NCBI RefSeq assembly: GCF_006345805.1
Contig: NC_043016.1
Span: 9,858,001 to 9,922,000 of the forward strand
Direction: 5' to 3'
DNA: 64,000 bases
Source: Octopus sinensis
Lineage: Eukaryota
Below the pieces are notes generated by a model. The model saw only the letters and a list, made by a program, of their open reading frames with translations, searched no databases and was not told where the DNA came from. Positions 12,792 through 26,110 of the stretch are shown here, one piece after another; the first letter of the stretch is position 1; each line of letters begins with the position of its first letter. The translations under genes and the position numbers were made by a program.

Positions 12792-13010
12792 CTGGCAGAA
12801 ACGTTAGCACTCGGGTGAAATGCTTAGCGATATTTCGTCTGTCATTATGTTCTGGGTTCAAATTCTGCCGAGGTCGACTTTGCCTTCATTCTTTCAGGGT
12901 TGATAAGTAAAGTACCAGTTTCGCACTGGGGTCAATGTAATCGACTTCATCCTTTTGTCTGTCCTTGTTTGTCCCCTCTATGTTTAGCCCCTTGTGGGCA
13001 GTAAAGAAAT
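12790..13010 (+). mobile_element. SINE family B
   Basis: gctggcagaaacgttagcac...gggttcaaattctgccgaggtcgac...gtaaagaaat. Confidence 0.85.
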
Positions 13011-13039
13011 ATATATGCATACACAAATCTGCTTAAAGA

Positions 13040-13715
13040 CGTGAACTCTAATTGTGAAGGGAATCTGTGGAAGGGGTAGATGCCGGAAGATGTGGGATGA
13101 AGTGATAAAAAACGGATCTTTTGATGCTGGGTCTCACTGAAGAAATCACTAGGGACTGGGAGTTGTGATGATCTGCTGTACTTGAGAAGACGCATCAAGT
13201 TAAGTAAAGCCACTGTCATCCACACTGGTATCACACATACAAACACCTCCCTGTCAGCCATACATATACACTTGTCCTTTGCCGGTGCCACATAAAATGC
13301 ACTTAAGCTGGTGCTGCATAAATGCTTCCTGATGGCATGTAAAAGGCACCCAAGGTGGTGAGCTGGCAGAAACGTCAGCATGCCGGGCGAAATGTGTAGC
13401 CATATTTTGTCTGCCATTACGTTCTGAGTTCAAATTCCGCCGAGGTCGACTTTGCCTTTCATCCTTTCGGGGTCGATAAATTAAGTACCAGATACGTGCT
13501 GGGGTTGATGTAATTGACTTATTCCGTTTGTCTGTCCTTGTTTGTCCCCTCTGTGTTTAGCCCCTTGTGGGTAGTAAAGAAATATGTAAAAGGCACCCAA
13601 CACACTCTGTAAGGTGTTTGGCATTAGGAAAAGGCATCCAGCCGTAGAAACCATGCCACAACAGTCAACTGGTGTATGGACAGCTCCCCAGCTGGCTAGA
13701 TCCTGTGAAGCCGCT
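13040..13715 (+). mobile_element. RTE LINE 3' fragment (decayed ORF C-terminus plus UTR), interrupted by SINE B
   Basis: Translates roughly VKGICGRGRCRKMWDEVIK..DLLMLGLTEEITRDW, resembling the RTE C-terminal GRGRPRKTW..DL..LGL motif; 3' ttaggaaaaggcatccagccg. Confidence 0.7.
13354..13583 (+). mobile_element. SINE family B with a 17-nt TSD
   Basis: Perfect TSD atgtaaaaggcacccaa at 13337-13353 and 13584-13600. Confidence 0.9.
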
Positions 13716-14644
13716 ACTCTTCAGCCCCAGGTAAGATCACATCGGGCAGACCTATGATCAGACATTCCAGCCATCACCATCCTGTATTCCCAAATGCAAC
13801 TAACTCAGGACTGTCATCCTATGATGGCATATCATTTGAGGGTGATTTGGCTGTGTTTTTCAGCAAGACAAGTGATCACATAGAGGCTTGATCTTGAGCT
13901 TTCTAGATGTTGAAGATGTTTAAATTAAACAGAATGGGGCCAATTCATTCAAATCTTTTCATGCATGGCTGCAATCCTGTGACTGAAGTGAAAAAGAAAG
14001 TTAGCTGAATCTCTACAAGCAATTAAATAATAATTAAATAATAATTATATACCCAGCTTATTGATTAAAGAAAGAGTTGAATCTTGACCTGAGTGATGGG
14101 GCGAAGGGCAGTGGGGTAGGAGCAGTAAAGGGTGCCAAACTTTCTCAACCCTTGTTATTTAGCCTCATGTCAGCCATGATTGAGCTGCCATATAATCCAT
14201 TCCAGAATTCCATCTTGTCCCCCTTTTTTTTTTTTTTTTTTTACATGGGGAACCTGGTACCAGATTCTCTAGTGTACTCTTATTTCTAAAATATGAGGAA
14301 ATAATTTAAAAACAATTTGGCTGTTATTTCTAGCAAGGGTTGAATGACCTATTGGAGATTTCCCTCATTGACTGAAAAGTACCACTTATGTTATTGCGTA
14401 GCCCCAGTTCAGCACTGGTCAAGCAAACCTAATGCCAAAGACACTTTAGCCATGACTGTCACATCTTTTACCATCATGCAGGGAACACCCAGGACTTCAT
14501 CCTATTCTAAGACAGTAAAGTATGATATAAATCAGTGGTCTTCAACCCTTTTTTTTTTACTTCTGGACCCCTTTGATGCCTATTTTACTCAGCTGGACCC
14601 TTATAGCCTTTCAATGTTTAAGGGACCCTAATTATATTTTTATA

Positions 14645-15143
14645 TTAGGTTGAAGAAAAAGTTTGTGTGCTGTGTTAAAACAATGCTTTTTTTATATGAT
14701 GCAACTTGATCAAGTCTACGATGTGCTGGTTGAAAAGTACCCAAGACTTGTTTGTCGAAAACGTGCTTTGTTTCAAGAAGACAATGCTAAGCTGCATGCC
14801 ATCAGAAAGACTAGCAACAATAATGAAGAACTGGACGGTGTGGAAGTTTATAGTTCAGACTTTGTTCCATCTGACTATGGTCTCTACTGATCAATGCAGC
14901 ACTTTATGAAAGGTCTCCGATTTGAGTCGTTCGATGGAGTTGAAGAAGCCCGTCAAGAATTTTTCGATTCAAAGCCGAAGGATTGGTACTTTGACCAAAT
15001 CTGAAAGCTTGCAGATTGTTGGCAGAAGGTAGCAGAAAACAGTCTTTTATTTTGAAGAATAGTTGATTTTGAATAAATTCTTGCATTAAAAAAAAACAAA
15101 AACATTATTTTAACACAGTACACAAACGTTTTCCTCAGCCTTG
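14645..15143 (+). mobile_element. Internally deleted mariner transposon with a transposase pseudogene remnant
   Basis: TIRs ttaggttgaagaaaaagtttgtgtgctgtgttaaaa / ttttaacacagtacacaaacgttttcctcagccttg with TA flanks; peptide FQEDNAKLH...YSSDFVPSDYGLY*SMQHF...FFDSKPKDWY resembles mariner HDNARPH...YSPDLAPSDY. Confidence 0.85.
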
Positions 15144-15204
15144 TATTTATATATTAATAAGAATTGTACAAAAAGAATTGAAATATTTTATGTATTGTAG
15201 AAGT

Positions 15205-15600
15205 ATTCTTTTACTTGTTTCAGTCATTTGAATGTGCCCATGCTGGAGCATCACCTTGAAGGGCTTTAGTCGAACAATCGACACCCCCTACCCACCCACC
15301 AAGGACTTATTATTTTTAAGCCTAGTACTTATTCTGTTGGCCTCTTGCTGAACTGCTAAGTTACAGGGACATAAACACACCAAACATTGGTTGTCAAACA
15401 TTGATGAGGAGACACACACATATACATATATACATGATGGGCTTCTTTCAGTTTCTGTCTACCAAATCCACCCACAAGGCTTTGGTCAGCCCAAGGCTAT
15501 AGTAGAAGACATTTTGCCCAAGATACCATGCAGTGGGACTGAACCCAGAACCATGTGGTTGGGAAGCAAGCTTCTTACCACACAGCCATGCCTGTGCCTA
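15205..15600 (-). mobile_element. SINE family A (diverged)
   Basis: Same head, body and tail as 11600-11993. Confidence 0.8.
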
Positions 15601-16504
15601 TAACCAATTTATTAATAAATTGGACCCTGGTTGAGAACCACTGATATAAGGGATGCTCGACTCCTATTTCTATCAGGTCGAACAACCATGTAGATGCTTT
15701 TCCCTATATTTTTTTTGTTGTTTCAGGCCGATAGTAGTGGCGATGATGGTGTCGGTGGTTGAAGATAGTGTTGGGGAAAAGATTCCCTTCTGGGCATCAC
15801 TTTATATTTTCCTTTTCTCCTTCCCTGCTCTAATTATTTCTAGACTTTCTTTTTTCCTTCAACTAGCCCTTCTTTCTCCTGTTCTATTTCAGTAGTTCAC
15901 TTGGTCAAAACTATTCACACTTCATTGGTGACATTTTTTTCACACACACCACACACACACACACAGCTTGGTTAACATTCTTTTTCCCTTGTTTCCTTGT
16001 ATTTTGTGAAACCCCACTCCATACACACTTCTTATCTCTTCCTCCTCCTCCTGCCTCCCTCTCTTCTCTCTCTCTCTTTTTTTCTTTTTATCTACTTAAT
16101 GTTTAGAAATCTCCTGCCATACAAATTCCAGGGAGTATTCAGTCAAAATGTGTCTATGGGATGAGAATAAACACTCAGCTCTTAAGTGGATCAAGAATGG
16201 ATTAGACCAGCCCTCTTCCCCATCATGCTATCCTCCTCCATCACCACCAACAATCACAGGACTTTTTACCTATTGCAGGTGTTTTTATTGTATCTGTCTG
16301 TAGAGCAAAGAATACTTAATTTCTTTTTTTTTTTTTTGACACGCTTCAGTTCACTAGATATCTTTTATTTCATTTTGTCTTACCTTATTCTATTTTTATT
16401 TTATTTTTTTAGCTGTGGCTTCATTTTGTTGCAATGGAGTAAATAATGTTTTTTTTTTTTCTTAGGGAGATTGATGGGTTGAAATTTGTCTCCTTTGATT
16501 TATA

Positions 16505-16726
16505 CTACTCTTTCTTACTCTTTTACTTGTTTCAGTCATGTGACTGGCCATACTTGAGCACCGCCTTTAGTCGAGCAAATCGACTCCAGGACTTATTCTT
16601 TGTGAGCCTAGTACTTAATTCTATTGGTCCCTTTTGCCAAACCGCTAAGTTACGGGGATGTAAATGCACCAGCATCGGTTGTCAAGTGATGTTGGGGGCA
16701 CAAACACACATACAAACATACACACG

Positions 16727-16763
<37 letters not shown>

Positions 16764-16930
16764 ATATATATATGACGGGCTTCTTTCAGTTTCTGTCTAC
16801 CAAATCCACTCACAAGGCTTTGGTCGGCCTGAGGCTATAGTAGAAGACACTTGCCCAAGGTGCCATGCAGTTGGACTGAACCCGGAACCATGTGGTTTGT
16901 AAGCAAGCTACTTACCACACAGCCACTCCT
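16505..16930 (-). mobile_element. SINE family A, full length
   Basis: Same head, body and tail as 11600-11993. Confidence 0.9.
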
Positions 16931-18329
16931 ACCCAAAGGATTTTAAATATTATGTACCTCTGTGTCTATCTTGTTGGTTTATGCAGTTGACAACACTCTC
17001 TCTCAATATCTTCTTTATTTAACAGCAGCAACATTTTTTCTCCTTTAAGCACAGGGCTTAGAGTGAGTGACCCCTCCCCTCCCTCACCAATGCTGTATGG
17101 CTACTTATTTCATCCCCACCCAAAACAACGAAAGCCAGAGTTAACCATGGTGGAATTTGAACTTGGGAGGTAAATCTGGAAGACACGCCTCTAAGTGTTT
17201 TCTCTGAGCTAATGGTTCTGCCAGCTCGTTTCCTTGACAACAATAACATTAATGATAATGTTCTCAAATTTTGGAGCAAGGCCAGCAATTTTTGAGGGAA
17301 GGGGGCAATTCAATTACATTGACCCTAGTGCGCAACTGGTATTTATTTTTAACCTACACCAAAAAGGATGAAAAGCAAAGTTGGTGTTGGCAGAATTTGA
17401 ATAATAATAATAATAGTAATAATAATAATAATGTTCACTTTTCATGTTTGCATGAACTGGATTTTATATGGCTGGATGCCCTTCCTGTCATCAACACTTA
17501 CCTGTTTCTAAGTAAGGTAATATTTTCCCCATAGCCAGACATATGCTCACAGAATATTGGAAATGATACTGGTTGTATGACAATCACTTTATGACTACCA
17601 CCCTTAAAACAAGGAAAAAAGAAACACACATCTATGCACAATGGGCTTCTTTCAACACAAATTCACATCAATGAAATCTCAAAATTTCAAGTATGTCTTT
17701 ATTCTTTACAAAATAGCATGATGAAGATTTGGTAACGAATTTAGGCAACTTAAACAGTTGAATAGAGGAACTCCTCCCATTGGCTAATCTTTCTTCGGTT
17801 ATGTTACGACAGTATGTCAAAATCACTTTGTTACTATCACAACTTATTTAATCCAGGAGATTAACCTCTTAATTCAACAAGCTGGTCAAAGTGAGTAAAA
17901 GACATGTTCTCTTAAACAATCAAGTCATTGAAAATCTTGGCTCTTACGAAAAAAAATGCAGACAGAGACTTCATGTTTACTATAATTACAACTGTTAGAT
18001 GTGCAGGCAAGGTTGTTTTGGTTAAGAAGTGCAATTTCAAACCAGGTGGTTTTATAAGGTTTGGTTTCAGCAGGTGAAAGTTTTCAGCTGACATTCTGTA
18101 CTAAAGCTGCAGACTGACCGATTCTACTTTGAGTGAAATTAAGTGGCCTGCTTGGTGTGTGTCTCTGTGTTTGTGTGCACATCTCTGTATGTGTGTATGT
18201 ATATGTGCATATGTGTTTGTAACTGTATGTACCTGCTTGTATTTCCATGTGCGTGGATATGCATATGTGTATGTATATGCACACAGCTGTATCTATGTGC
18301 ATGCAGCTTATGTATGTGCATGCAGCTTA

Positions 18330-18530
18330 TGTATGTGCACGCTGCTGTGTGTGTGTGCACGCTGCTGTGTGTGTGTGCACGCTGCTGTGTGTGTGTGTGT
18401 GTGCACGCTGCTGTGTGTGTGTGTGTGCACGCTGCTGTGTGTGTGTGTGTGCACGCTGATGTGTGTGTGTGTGTGTGTGTGTGTGCACGCTGCTGTGTGT
18501 GTGTGTGTACACAGGTGTGTGTGTGTGTAC
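18330..18530. repeat. (GT)n-GCACGCTGCT minisatellite
   Basis: About 7 gcacgctgct cores separated by variable (gt)n. Confidence 0.9.
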
Positions 18531-18714
18531 AGCTGTATGGATAAGTGGGAGCATGGAGAGGGGAGGCTGGTATGCATGAACGACTGCTGGTCTTCCATAA
18601 ACAACCTTTCCCAGACTTGTCTCCGAGAGTAACTTCCTAGGTGCAATCCCTTGGTCATTCATGACTGAAGGGAGTCTTTTACATTTGACAGAGTAATCTG
18701 AATGTCAAAGGGTT

Positions 18715-18935
18715 GACTCTTTGGCATTTAAACCAGTCACATCCAGTCCAAATATTCTACCTAGTCTATGATGAAACTGACCAAATCCAGCCCCTCACAC
18801 TTCTCCTGCAACGTCATTCTAAAAATAAAGTCACATCAATGAAATCTCAAAGCTATGAAATAATGCATGATTAATTAAAAACAATGTGGATAAACAAGCA
18901 TTGCATTTGTCAATGAAATCTGAATGCTAAAGGGT
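18715..18935. mobile_element. piggyBac-like MITE (ccctttagcatt family)
   Basis: ctctttggcatttaaacc ... aatgctaaaggg; similar to 21829-22049, with further copies near 31620 and 48505. Confidence 0.65.
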
Positions 18936-19683
18936 AAAGTAGTATTATGTAAAGCAGTCTTTCTTAAAAAATTTTTTATGGCTCTGTTTTGAAGCCAGCT
19001 TATGTTGCCCACCACTAAATGCCTCATAGTCACTGTTAGTAAAAAAATAAAAAAAATTTACTTTTTCAATGTCAATTAATTACATATGTATCATGGAAGT
19101 GTGGTATTTGTAGTTACTTACAAAAACAACCATTTCTATACAGATAAAATTTTGTATAAGTAAACAAAATTCTACAAAGATGTAGTTCTGTACTAAGAAG
19201 TAGGAACCGAAGTTGTAAGGATTGGTACTCATCAACTTTAATCCTTTTTTTTTTTTTACCGTATTTCTGTTGAAATGCACTGCTTTATTTTAGTTTATTT
19301 TGAAAATGACAAGGAAGAATTTAGTTACATAATTTTGTCGTTATTAAGCAAGTGTTTAGAACGTAAATTAACATGGATTTTTTTGCAAACAACTTGCAAG
19401 TTTTACCAGTTGAAATCTCTGCATATTAGGGTGCTAGCAAGCTTGTAGGGTCACCAGGAGAGAATGTGAATTGTTTCAGGGACTCCCTTTCTTTATCATC
19501 ATTGCACACACACCTCACTGAAATGAAGCCCTGCTTCCTAGATCAAATGGTTTTCAATATTTTTCTGGCCATTGCTCATCTCTTTTTAACCATATCCAGT
19601 TTCTTGCCTCTTCATTCAAACTGGTTCTTGATTCAAACTTACTGATTTTCAGTAACCTAAATTAAAATCATTCTAGTACAACA

Positions 19684-19844
19684 AGGCATAGGAGTGGCTG
19701 TATAGTAAGTAGCTTGCTTACGAACCACATGGTTCCGGGTTCAGTCCCACTGTGTGGCACCTTGGGCAAGTGTCTTCTACTATAGCCTCAAGCCAACCAA
19801 AGCCTTGTTAGTGGATTTAGTAGATGGAAACTGAAAGAAGCCTG

Positions 19845-19880
<36 letters not shown>

Positions 19881-20090
19881 TGTGTCTGTGTTTATCCCCC
19901 CCAACATTGCTTGACAACCAATGCTGGTGTGTTTACATCCCTGTAACTTAGCGGTTCGGCAAAAGAGACCGATAGAATAAGTACTAGGCTTACAAAGAAT
20001 AAGTCCCGGGATTGATTAGCTCAACTAAAGGTGGTGCTCCAGCATAGCCACAGTCAAATGACTGAAGCAAGTAAAAAGAGTAAAGAGTAA
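19684..20090 (+). mobile_element. SINE family A, full length
   Basis: aggcataggagtggctg...ggttcagtccc...(TA)n...aagtaaaaagagtaaagagt. Confidence 0.9.
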
Positions 20091-20414
20091 CATGGCTGAA
20101 TGGTTAAGAAGCTTGCTTCCCAACCATGTAGTCTTAGGTTCAGTTCTACTGCAGGCACCTTCGTCAAACATATAGTTGTGAATGAGCATCATTGTCATAC
20201 AAATGAGATTGCTCATTTTCACTCTTCCATGAAAAATGTCAAGGGTGTGGGGGAATATCTTGATTGCAAACAGGTGAGGGATGGTCGCAGGAAAAGCTTC
20301 CAGCCAAAGAAAATCTGCCTCAACAAATTCCATTTGATCCATGCAAAGCTGGAAAAGGATGGAAATTTCCAGTTAATTTATGTCCCAAACACTACCCTAA
20401 TAGTGACAGTTATT

Positions 20415-20612
20415 TTATCATCATCATCATCATCATCGTTTAACGTCCGTTTTCCATGCTAGCATGGGTTGGACTGTTCAACTGGGGTCTGGGAAGCTAG
20501 GAGGCTGCACATGGCCCAGTCTGATCTGGCAGTGTTTCTACAGCTGGATGCCCTTCCTAAAGCCAACCACTCCGAGAGTGTAGTGGGTGCTTTTTACGTG
20601 CCACCTGCACAG
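20415..20612 (-). mobile_element. RTE-type 3' tail element (family C)
   Basis: (CAT)n then cgtttaacgtccgttttccatgctagcatggg...ggatgcccttcc. Confidence 0.75.
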
Positions 20613-21239
20613 TTTACTAAATTAATATTTTCAAAGTTAATTTAACCCTTTAGCATTCATATTACTTTGTCAAATGTAATGTTTATTTATTCACATTGTT
20701 CTGAATCTATCATTCATTATCTTGTAGCTTTGAAATTTCGATCATGTGATTATGACCATGCCGGAACATATCCCTGAAAGGAGCAAGTTAGCCCTAATGC
20801 TTGTTTTAAGCCTGGTATTTTTCTCAGTCTCTTATACTGAACTGCTAAGTTAGAGGAATATAAGCAAACCAAAACTAGTTGTAAGGGACAAACACATGTG
20901 CATGTGCACATATGCATGCATGCAGCAGGCATCTTTGTTTCCATCTGTTTCCAAATACACTCAAGGTTTTGGTGAGAAGACTCTTGCCCGAGGTGCCAAG
21001 CAGTGGGACTGAACCCAAAGCCACATAGTTTGGAAACAAGTTTCTCAACCACACAGCCAACCTGCACCTATATCTTTTATGTTTTCTCTTTATACTTGTT
21101 CCAGTCATTAGACTGTGGTCATGCTGGGGCACCACCTTGAAGGATTTTAGTCAAATGAATTGATCCCAATACTTTTTTACTTTCCTTTTGCTGAACTGCT
21201 GTCATGGGGATGTAAACACACCAATACCAGTTATAGGAA

Positions 21240-21278
<39 letters not shown>

Positions 21279-21467
21279 GATGGGCTTCTTTCAGTTCCTG
21301 AGTGGATTTTACTGAGGCTTTGGTTGGTTTGAGTCAATAGAAGACACTTGCCTATGGTTGAACTGAACCCAGAACCATGTAATTGGGAAGTAAGCTTCTT
21401 TTCACACAGCCATGCCTACCCCTATATATTTTTTGTTTTTTCTTTTCATTCTATATCTGCTGTTTTA

Positions 21468-21686
21468 CCCTTTCAATACCAACTTGGCTGTAACTGCCTC
21501 TGGCTCTGTTGTACAAATGTCTTATTTTCAAAAATTCTGAATTAAAATCTTCCAAACCTCCGTCATAATTTATGTTCCTAAAACGAACTTAATGATAACT
21601 GAGTTACTTTACTAAATTCTTTGTTATATTTAAAATTAATTGAGAGAAACACAGAGCATCTCAACAGAAATATGGTAACAATAGGG
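21468..21686. mobile_element. piggyBac-like MITE
   Basis: ccctttcaatacc ... ggtaacaataggg|ttaa; same family as 21718-22147. Confidence 0.7.
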
Positions 21687-21717
21687 TTAAGATATATAAT
21701 AGAGAAACAATTCTTAA

Positions 21718-22147
21718 CCCTTTAGATAACTACCTGGCTCTCAGTACAGATGTCTTGTTTTCAAAAGTTCCGAATTAAAATCTTCCACCAAACCTTAGTC
21801 ACAATTTATATTCCTAACACTAGCATAACCCTTTAGCATTTAAACCGGCCATATCCGGCCAAAAGTATTCTGCCTGTTTCATGTTCAAACTGGCCAGATC
21901 TGGTCTCTCACACCAACCCTACAATATCATTTTAAAAATTAACAGCTATCTCATCAAAATCTCATAGCTACAAGATAATTCATGATTAGTTCAAGGCAAT
22001 GTGGATGAAAAAGCATTAGTTTTGGTAGAATAATGCGAACACTAAAGGGTTAATGATAGCTAAATTATTTTACTAAATTCTTTGTTATATTTCGAATTAA
22101 TTGAGAGAAACACAAAGCATCTCAACAGAAATATGGTAACAAAAGGG
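21718..22147. mobile_element. piggyBac-like MITE containing a nested second MITE
   Basis: ttaa|ccctttagataac ... ggtaacaaaaggg|ttaa, with TTAA on both sides. Confidence 0.8.
21829..22049. mobile_element. Nested piggyBac-like MITE (ccctttagcatt family)
   Basis: ataa|ccctttagcattt ... aacactaaaggg|ttaa. Confidence 0.8.
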
Positions 22148-22619
22148 TTAAATGGGTTCTTGCAGAAACACTTCTACAATTCATAGAATTAGTGTTTTGT
22201 TTATAATTGAAATCTTACTATGAATATAATTAAGGGATGACTTCCAACTACTTGTTTCGGGGTTGCCTCATTAACTGGTGGTCATGGTGGGGTTGGTGGC
22301 TCCTTCGCCTTCCTCCTCCACCTGATTTCCCACGCCTCTCCCTTCAATAGACTTATGTCTTTAGAAATATGGCAGTTCCAAAGACAACACCATAGGCTAG
22401 TAGTGTGTGACTCATCGAGATCATATTGTTTCAGCAAAATGGGAGGAAATCTTTTCTCATATTTAGGTCTATCAGTCTGTATGCATGCACGTGTGTATGT
22501 ATGTATGTGTTTGTATGCATGTATGTACACATGTCATGTACGTGTGTGTGTGTGTGTGTGTAACCTAATATTAACTGTGAATGTCCCTTGAATTTTGTTT
22601 TGTTATTGGTGTTTGCTTT

Positions 22620-22760
22620 GCTCTCTCTCTCTCTCCATACACACACACACACACACACATATATACATACACACATATATACATACACACACACACATAT
22701 ATATATATATATACACACATATATATATACACACACATATATAAATATATATATATATAT

Positions 22761-22800
<40 letters not shown>
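22620..22800. repeat. (CT)n-(CA)n-(TA)n compound microsatellite
   Basis: Seen directly. Confidence 0.95.
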
Positions 22801-22803
<3 letters not shown>

Positions 22804-23302
22804 CTTATTGCTTATTTCACTTCAACAAATTTTTCTTTTTTCTTTGTATCTCTTATATATTTAGTTACAGTTTACAATAAATGTACATAGCATCACATTT
22901 CAGTAATCTACTTGAGTCATTTCTCAACCATTGTGAGCTGGTAGGAACACACATACATGCGGACACTCTCTCTCTCTCTTCCTCTCTCCCTCTCCCTCTC
23001 TCTCACACACACAGACCCAAGGTGTACTAAACTCTGAGCAATCCATAGGAGGTATAATAATAATTAAAAAAAACTTTTAGGAACAATAGTGGTTTATTGA
23101 TGAAGAAAGTTGTGAATTTTTCCCATATTGACTTTCAATAAGCAGAAAAAAGTTATTTTACAATTCAGTTAGCAACAGGGGTTGCTGTGTATGTGAATAA
23201 AAAATCTAAATTTAGGGAATGGAGTAGCCAATCCAGGCTACATAGGTTTCCTAGCTAATGGAACCTTGAAAGTAGTAATTACCCAAGCAAGGGTAATTAG
23301 TA

Positions 23303-23335
<33 letters not shown>

Positions 23336-23621
23336 GTATGTATAATAGCATGTGCTTGAAAAGGTTAAGAACTGAAAGCACTTGCAGATCTATAAAAGCA
23401 AAGCCCACTCACAGTTTGCAAAATCCCTTCTCAAAGGTTAGTGTCCTTTGACTTTCTAAAAAGGTTCTTTTCTCAGTCTTAACTCTTTGAGAAAATATCT
23501 TCTCTCCAAATATATATAGATATAGATAATATAGGATTAAAGAAGAATGGAGAATTGGTAAGGATATAAAATTAATTTAACATACTGCCCAAAAGACACC
23601 TACCTATAATAATCCCATTTA

Positions 23622-24027
23622 TGGCACAGGAGTGGCTGTGTGGTAAGTAGCTTGCTAACCAACCACATGGTTCCGGGTTCAGTCCTACTGCTTGGCATCT
23701 TGGGCAAGTGTCTTCTGCTATAGCCTTGGACCGACCAATGCCTTGTGAGTGGATTTGGTAGACGGAAACTGAAAGAAGCCTGTCGTATATATGTATATAT
23801 ATAAATATATGTGTGTCTGTGTGTATGTTTGTGTGTCTGTGTTTGTCCCCCTAGCATTGCTTGACAACCAATGCTGGTGTGTTTACGTCCCCGTCACTTA
23901 GCGGTTTGGCAAAAGAGACCGATAGAATAAGTACTAGGCTTACTAAGAATATGTCCCGGGGTCGATTTGATCGACTAAAGGCGGTGCTCCAGCATGGCCA
24001 CAATCAAATGACTGAAACAAGTAAGAG
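23622..24027 (+). mobile_element. SINE family A, full length, young
   Basis: Nearly identical to 31820-32225, including the internal microsatellite. Confidence 0.9.
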
Positions 24028-24130
24028 ATGTATCGAAGACATATACCTCAATGGTGTTGGTGATTAAACCAGTGAAATTTTGGATATAGTAATCCTTTAT
24101 GAGGATAAGATATTCTCACATTGACAATAG

Positions 24131-24161
<31 letters not shown>

Positions 24162-25132
24162 ATATATCTATATATATATATATATATATGATCTCCCTGT
24201 ATCAACCAGACTATCATATGCTGTCATAAACTGCTAATCACAATACACTTCCTTGCATTGATGTAGCTTTCAAATGATGTCATCCAGCTGGCTTGGTGGA
24301 CAGACCAACATTATTTTCTTCCAAATGGAATGTTGGCCAATTTTTTTTACAGGGTTGCCTTTTTACAAATTACAACCAACCAACCTGGGAACTGAAACTA
24401 CAATCTTGTGATCATTAGTGCAACAAATTAACCACTAGACCATGCACTTCCACACACACACACACACACGTTTGTGTATATATTCAAATCAAAAATGGTA
24501 GTGTAATTAAATACAGATTTGTCAGTTGTCATTCTTTTACATATTCACATCAGCATAGAAATTTTTTTTGTTTTTTAATTTGAAACCTAGACAGAGAAGC
24601 TTAAAACTATCAAACAATTTAGACCTACGTTCTCATAACATTTGTAATATCGCTACCAGCCTCTGGGGTACAGGAAGTTATGAAGGTCCTTTTTTTTTTC
24701 TTCTCTTTTGTTTCTTTTAATAAAATGTCAAATCCATTTATCCATAAACTAACTTAAACTGAGCGTAGGGAGAATAGAATAGAGACATTAGTTTTTACTG
24801 TGAAGTGTTTCCGCTGGTTTTTACCCCCTGCCTCTACTTTTTAGTGTCTTTTCTTTACAGCCCTGCTTCCAATCTACATTCATTCATTCGTGGTCAGGAA
24901 TTTCATTATTCAGAGAGTGGGAAGCCTGTAACTACTGAATATATTGTGTGATGATGATGTCTGTTGATTTATGATGCACAGCAAACAACTATATATGCAG
25001 TTGCATATTTGGTCGTACAAACATACAACATCCTCATACCAGCAAAAACATTTGTTTAATAATCAAAGAAGGATGGAAAATTGAACATTGAAATAGATGG
25101 ACTTTGTTCAACATATTGCAAGTTATCTAGGA

Positions 25133-26110
25133 CAGTGATTCTGAACCGGGTCCTTATGACCCTTGTCGGGAACCACATGAGGTTTTAAGCTTATCTGCGA
25201 TAAATTGGTTATACTTCCACAATACACAAAATATTTTAATGCAGGAATGGCTGTGTGGTAAGTAGCTTGCTTATCAGCCACATGGTTCCGGGTTCCGTCC
25301 CACTGCATGGCGCCTTGGACAAGTGTCTTCTGCTATAGCCTCAGGCTGACCAAAGCCTCATGAGTGGATTTGGTAGACAGAAACTGAAAGAAACCTGTCA
25401 TGTGTGTCTATATGTATGTTTATGTGTCAGTGTTTGTTCCTTCAGCATCACTTGACAACCAATGTTGGTGTGTTTATGTCCCCGTAACTTAGCAGTTCGG
25501 TAAGAGACCGATAGGATAAATACTAAGCTTACAAAGAATAAGTCCTGAGGTCAATTTGTTTGCCTAAAGGTAGTGCTGCAGCATGGCCATAATCAACTGA
25601 CTAAAACAAGAGTAATTATCTAATATAATTTCTAATACTTAATTATAAAAATATAATGGGGCTTTTGGCATAGCTCTGTGGTAAGAAGCTTGTTTCCAAC
25701 CACAAGGTTTCACATTTAGTTCCACTGCATAACACCTTGTGCAAGTATCTTCTGCTGTAGCCTCAGGTCAACTGAAGTTTTGTGAGTGGATTTGGTAGAC
25801 AGAAACTGAAAGAAGCCCATTGTGTGTGTGTGACTTTGTCCTATCACTGGTTGACAACTGGCACTGGTGTGTTCATGTCCCTGTAGATTAGCCATTTGGC
25901 AGAAGAGATCGATAGAATAAGTACTAGGCTTAAAAAGAATAAGTCCTGGGGCTGATTTGTTCGACTAAAAGTCCTTCAAAGCGGTGCTCTAGCATGGCCA
26001 CAGTCAAATGACTGAAATGAATGAAAGAGAAAATGGCTATGAAGTTCAATTTGCATAAAATAACCAAAGGGGTCCATACATAAAAAAAAAGTCATAGTTG
26101 AGAACCACTG
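25133..26110. mobile_element. hAT/Charlie-like MITE with two nested SINE A copies
   Basis: Termini cagtgattctgaacc / gttgagaaccactg; perfect 8-bp TSD atctagga at 25125-25132 and 26111-26118; SINE A at about 25240-25612 and 25667-26020. Confidence 0.85.

Larger units (their letters stand above)
14533..15643. mobile_element. hAT/Charlie-like MITE hosting a nested mariner and SINE A
   Basis: Termini cagtggtcttcaaccc / ggttgagaaccactg; flanks atataaat / atataagg (6 of 8 match, degraded TSD). Confidence 0.65.
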
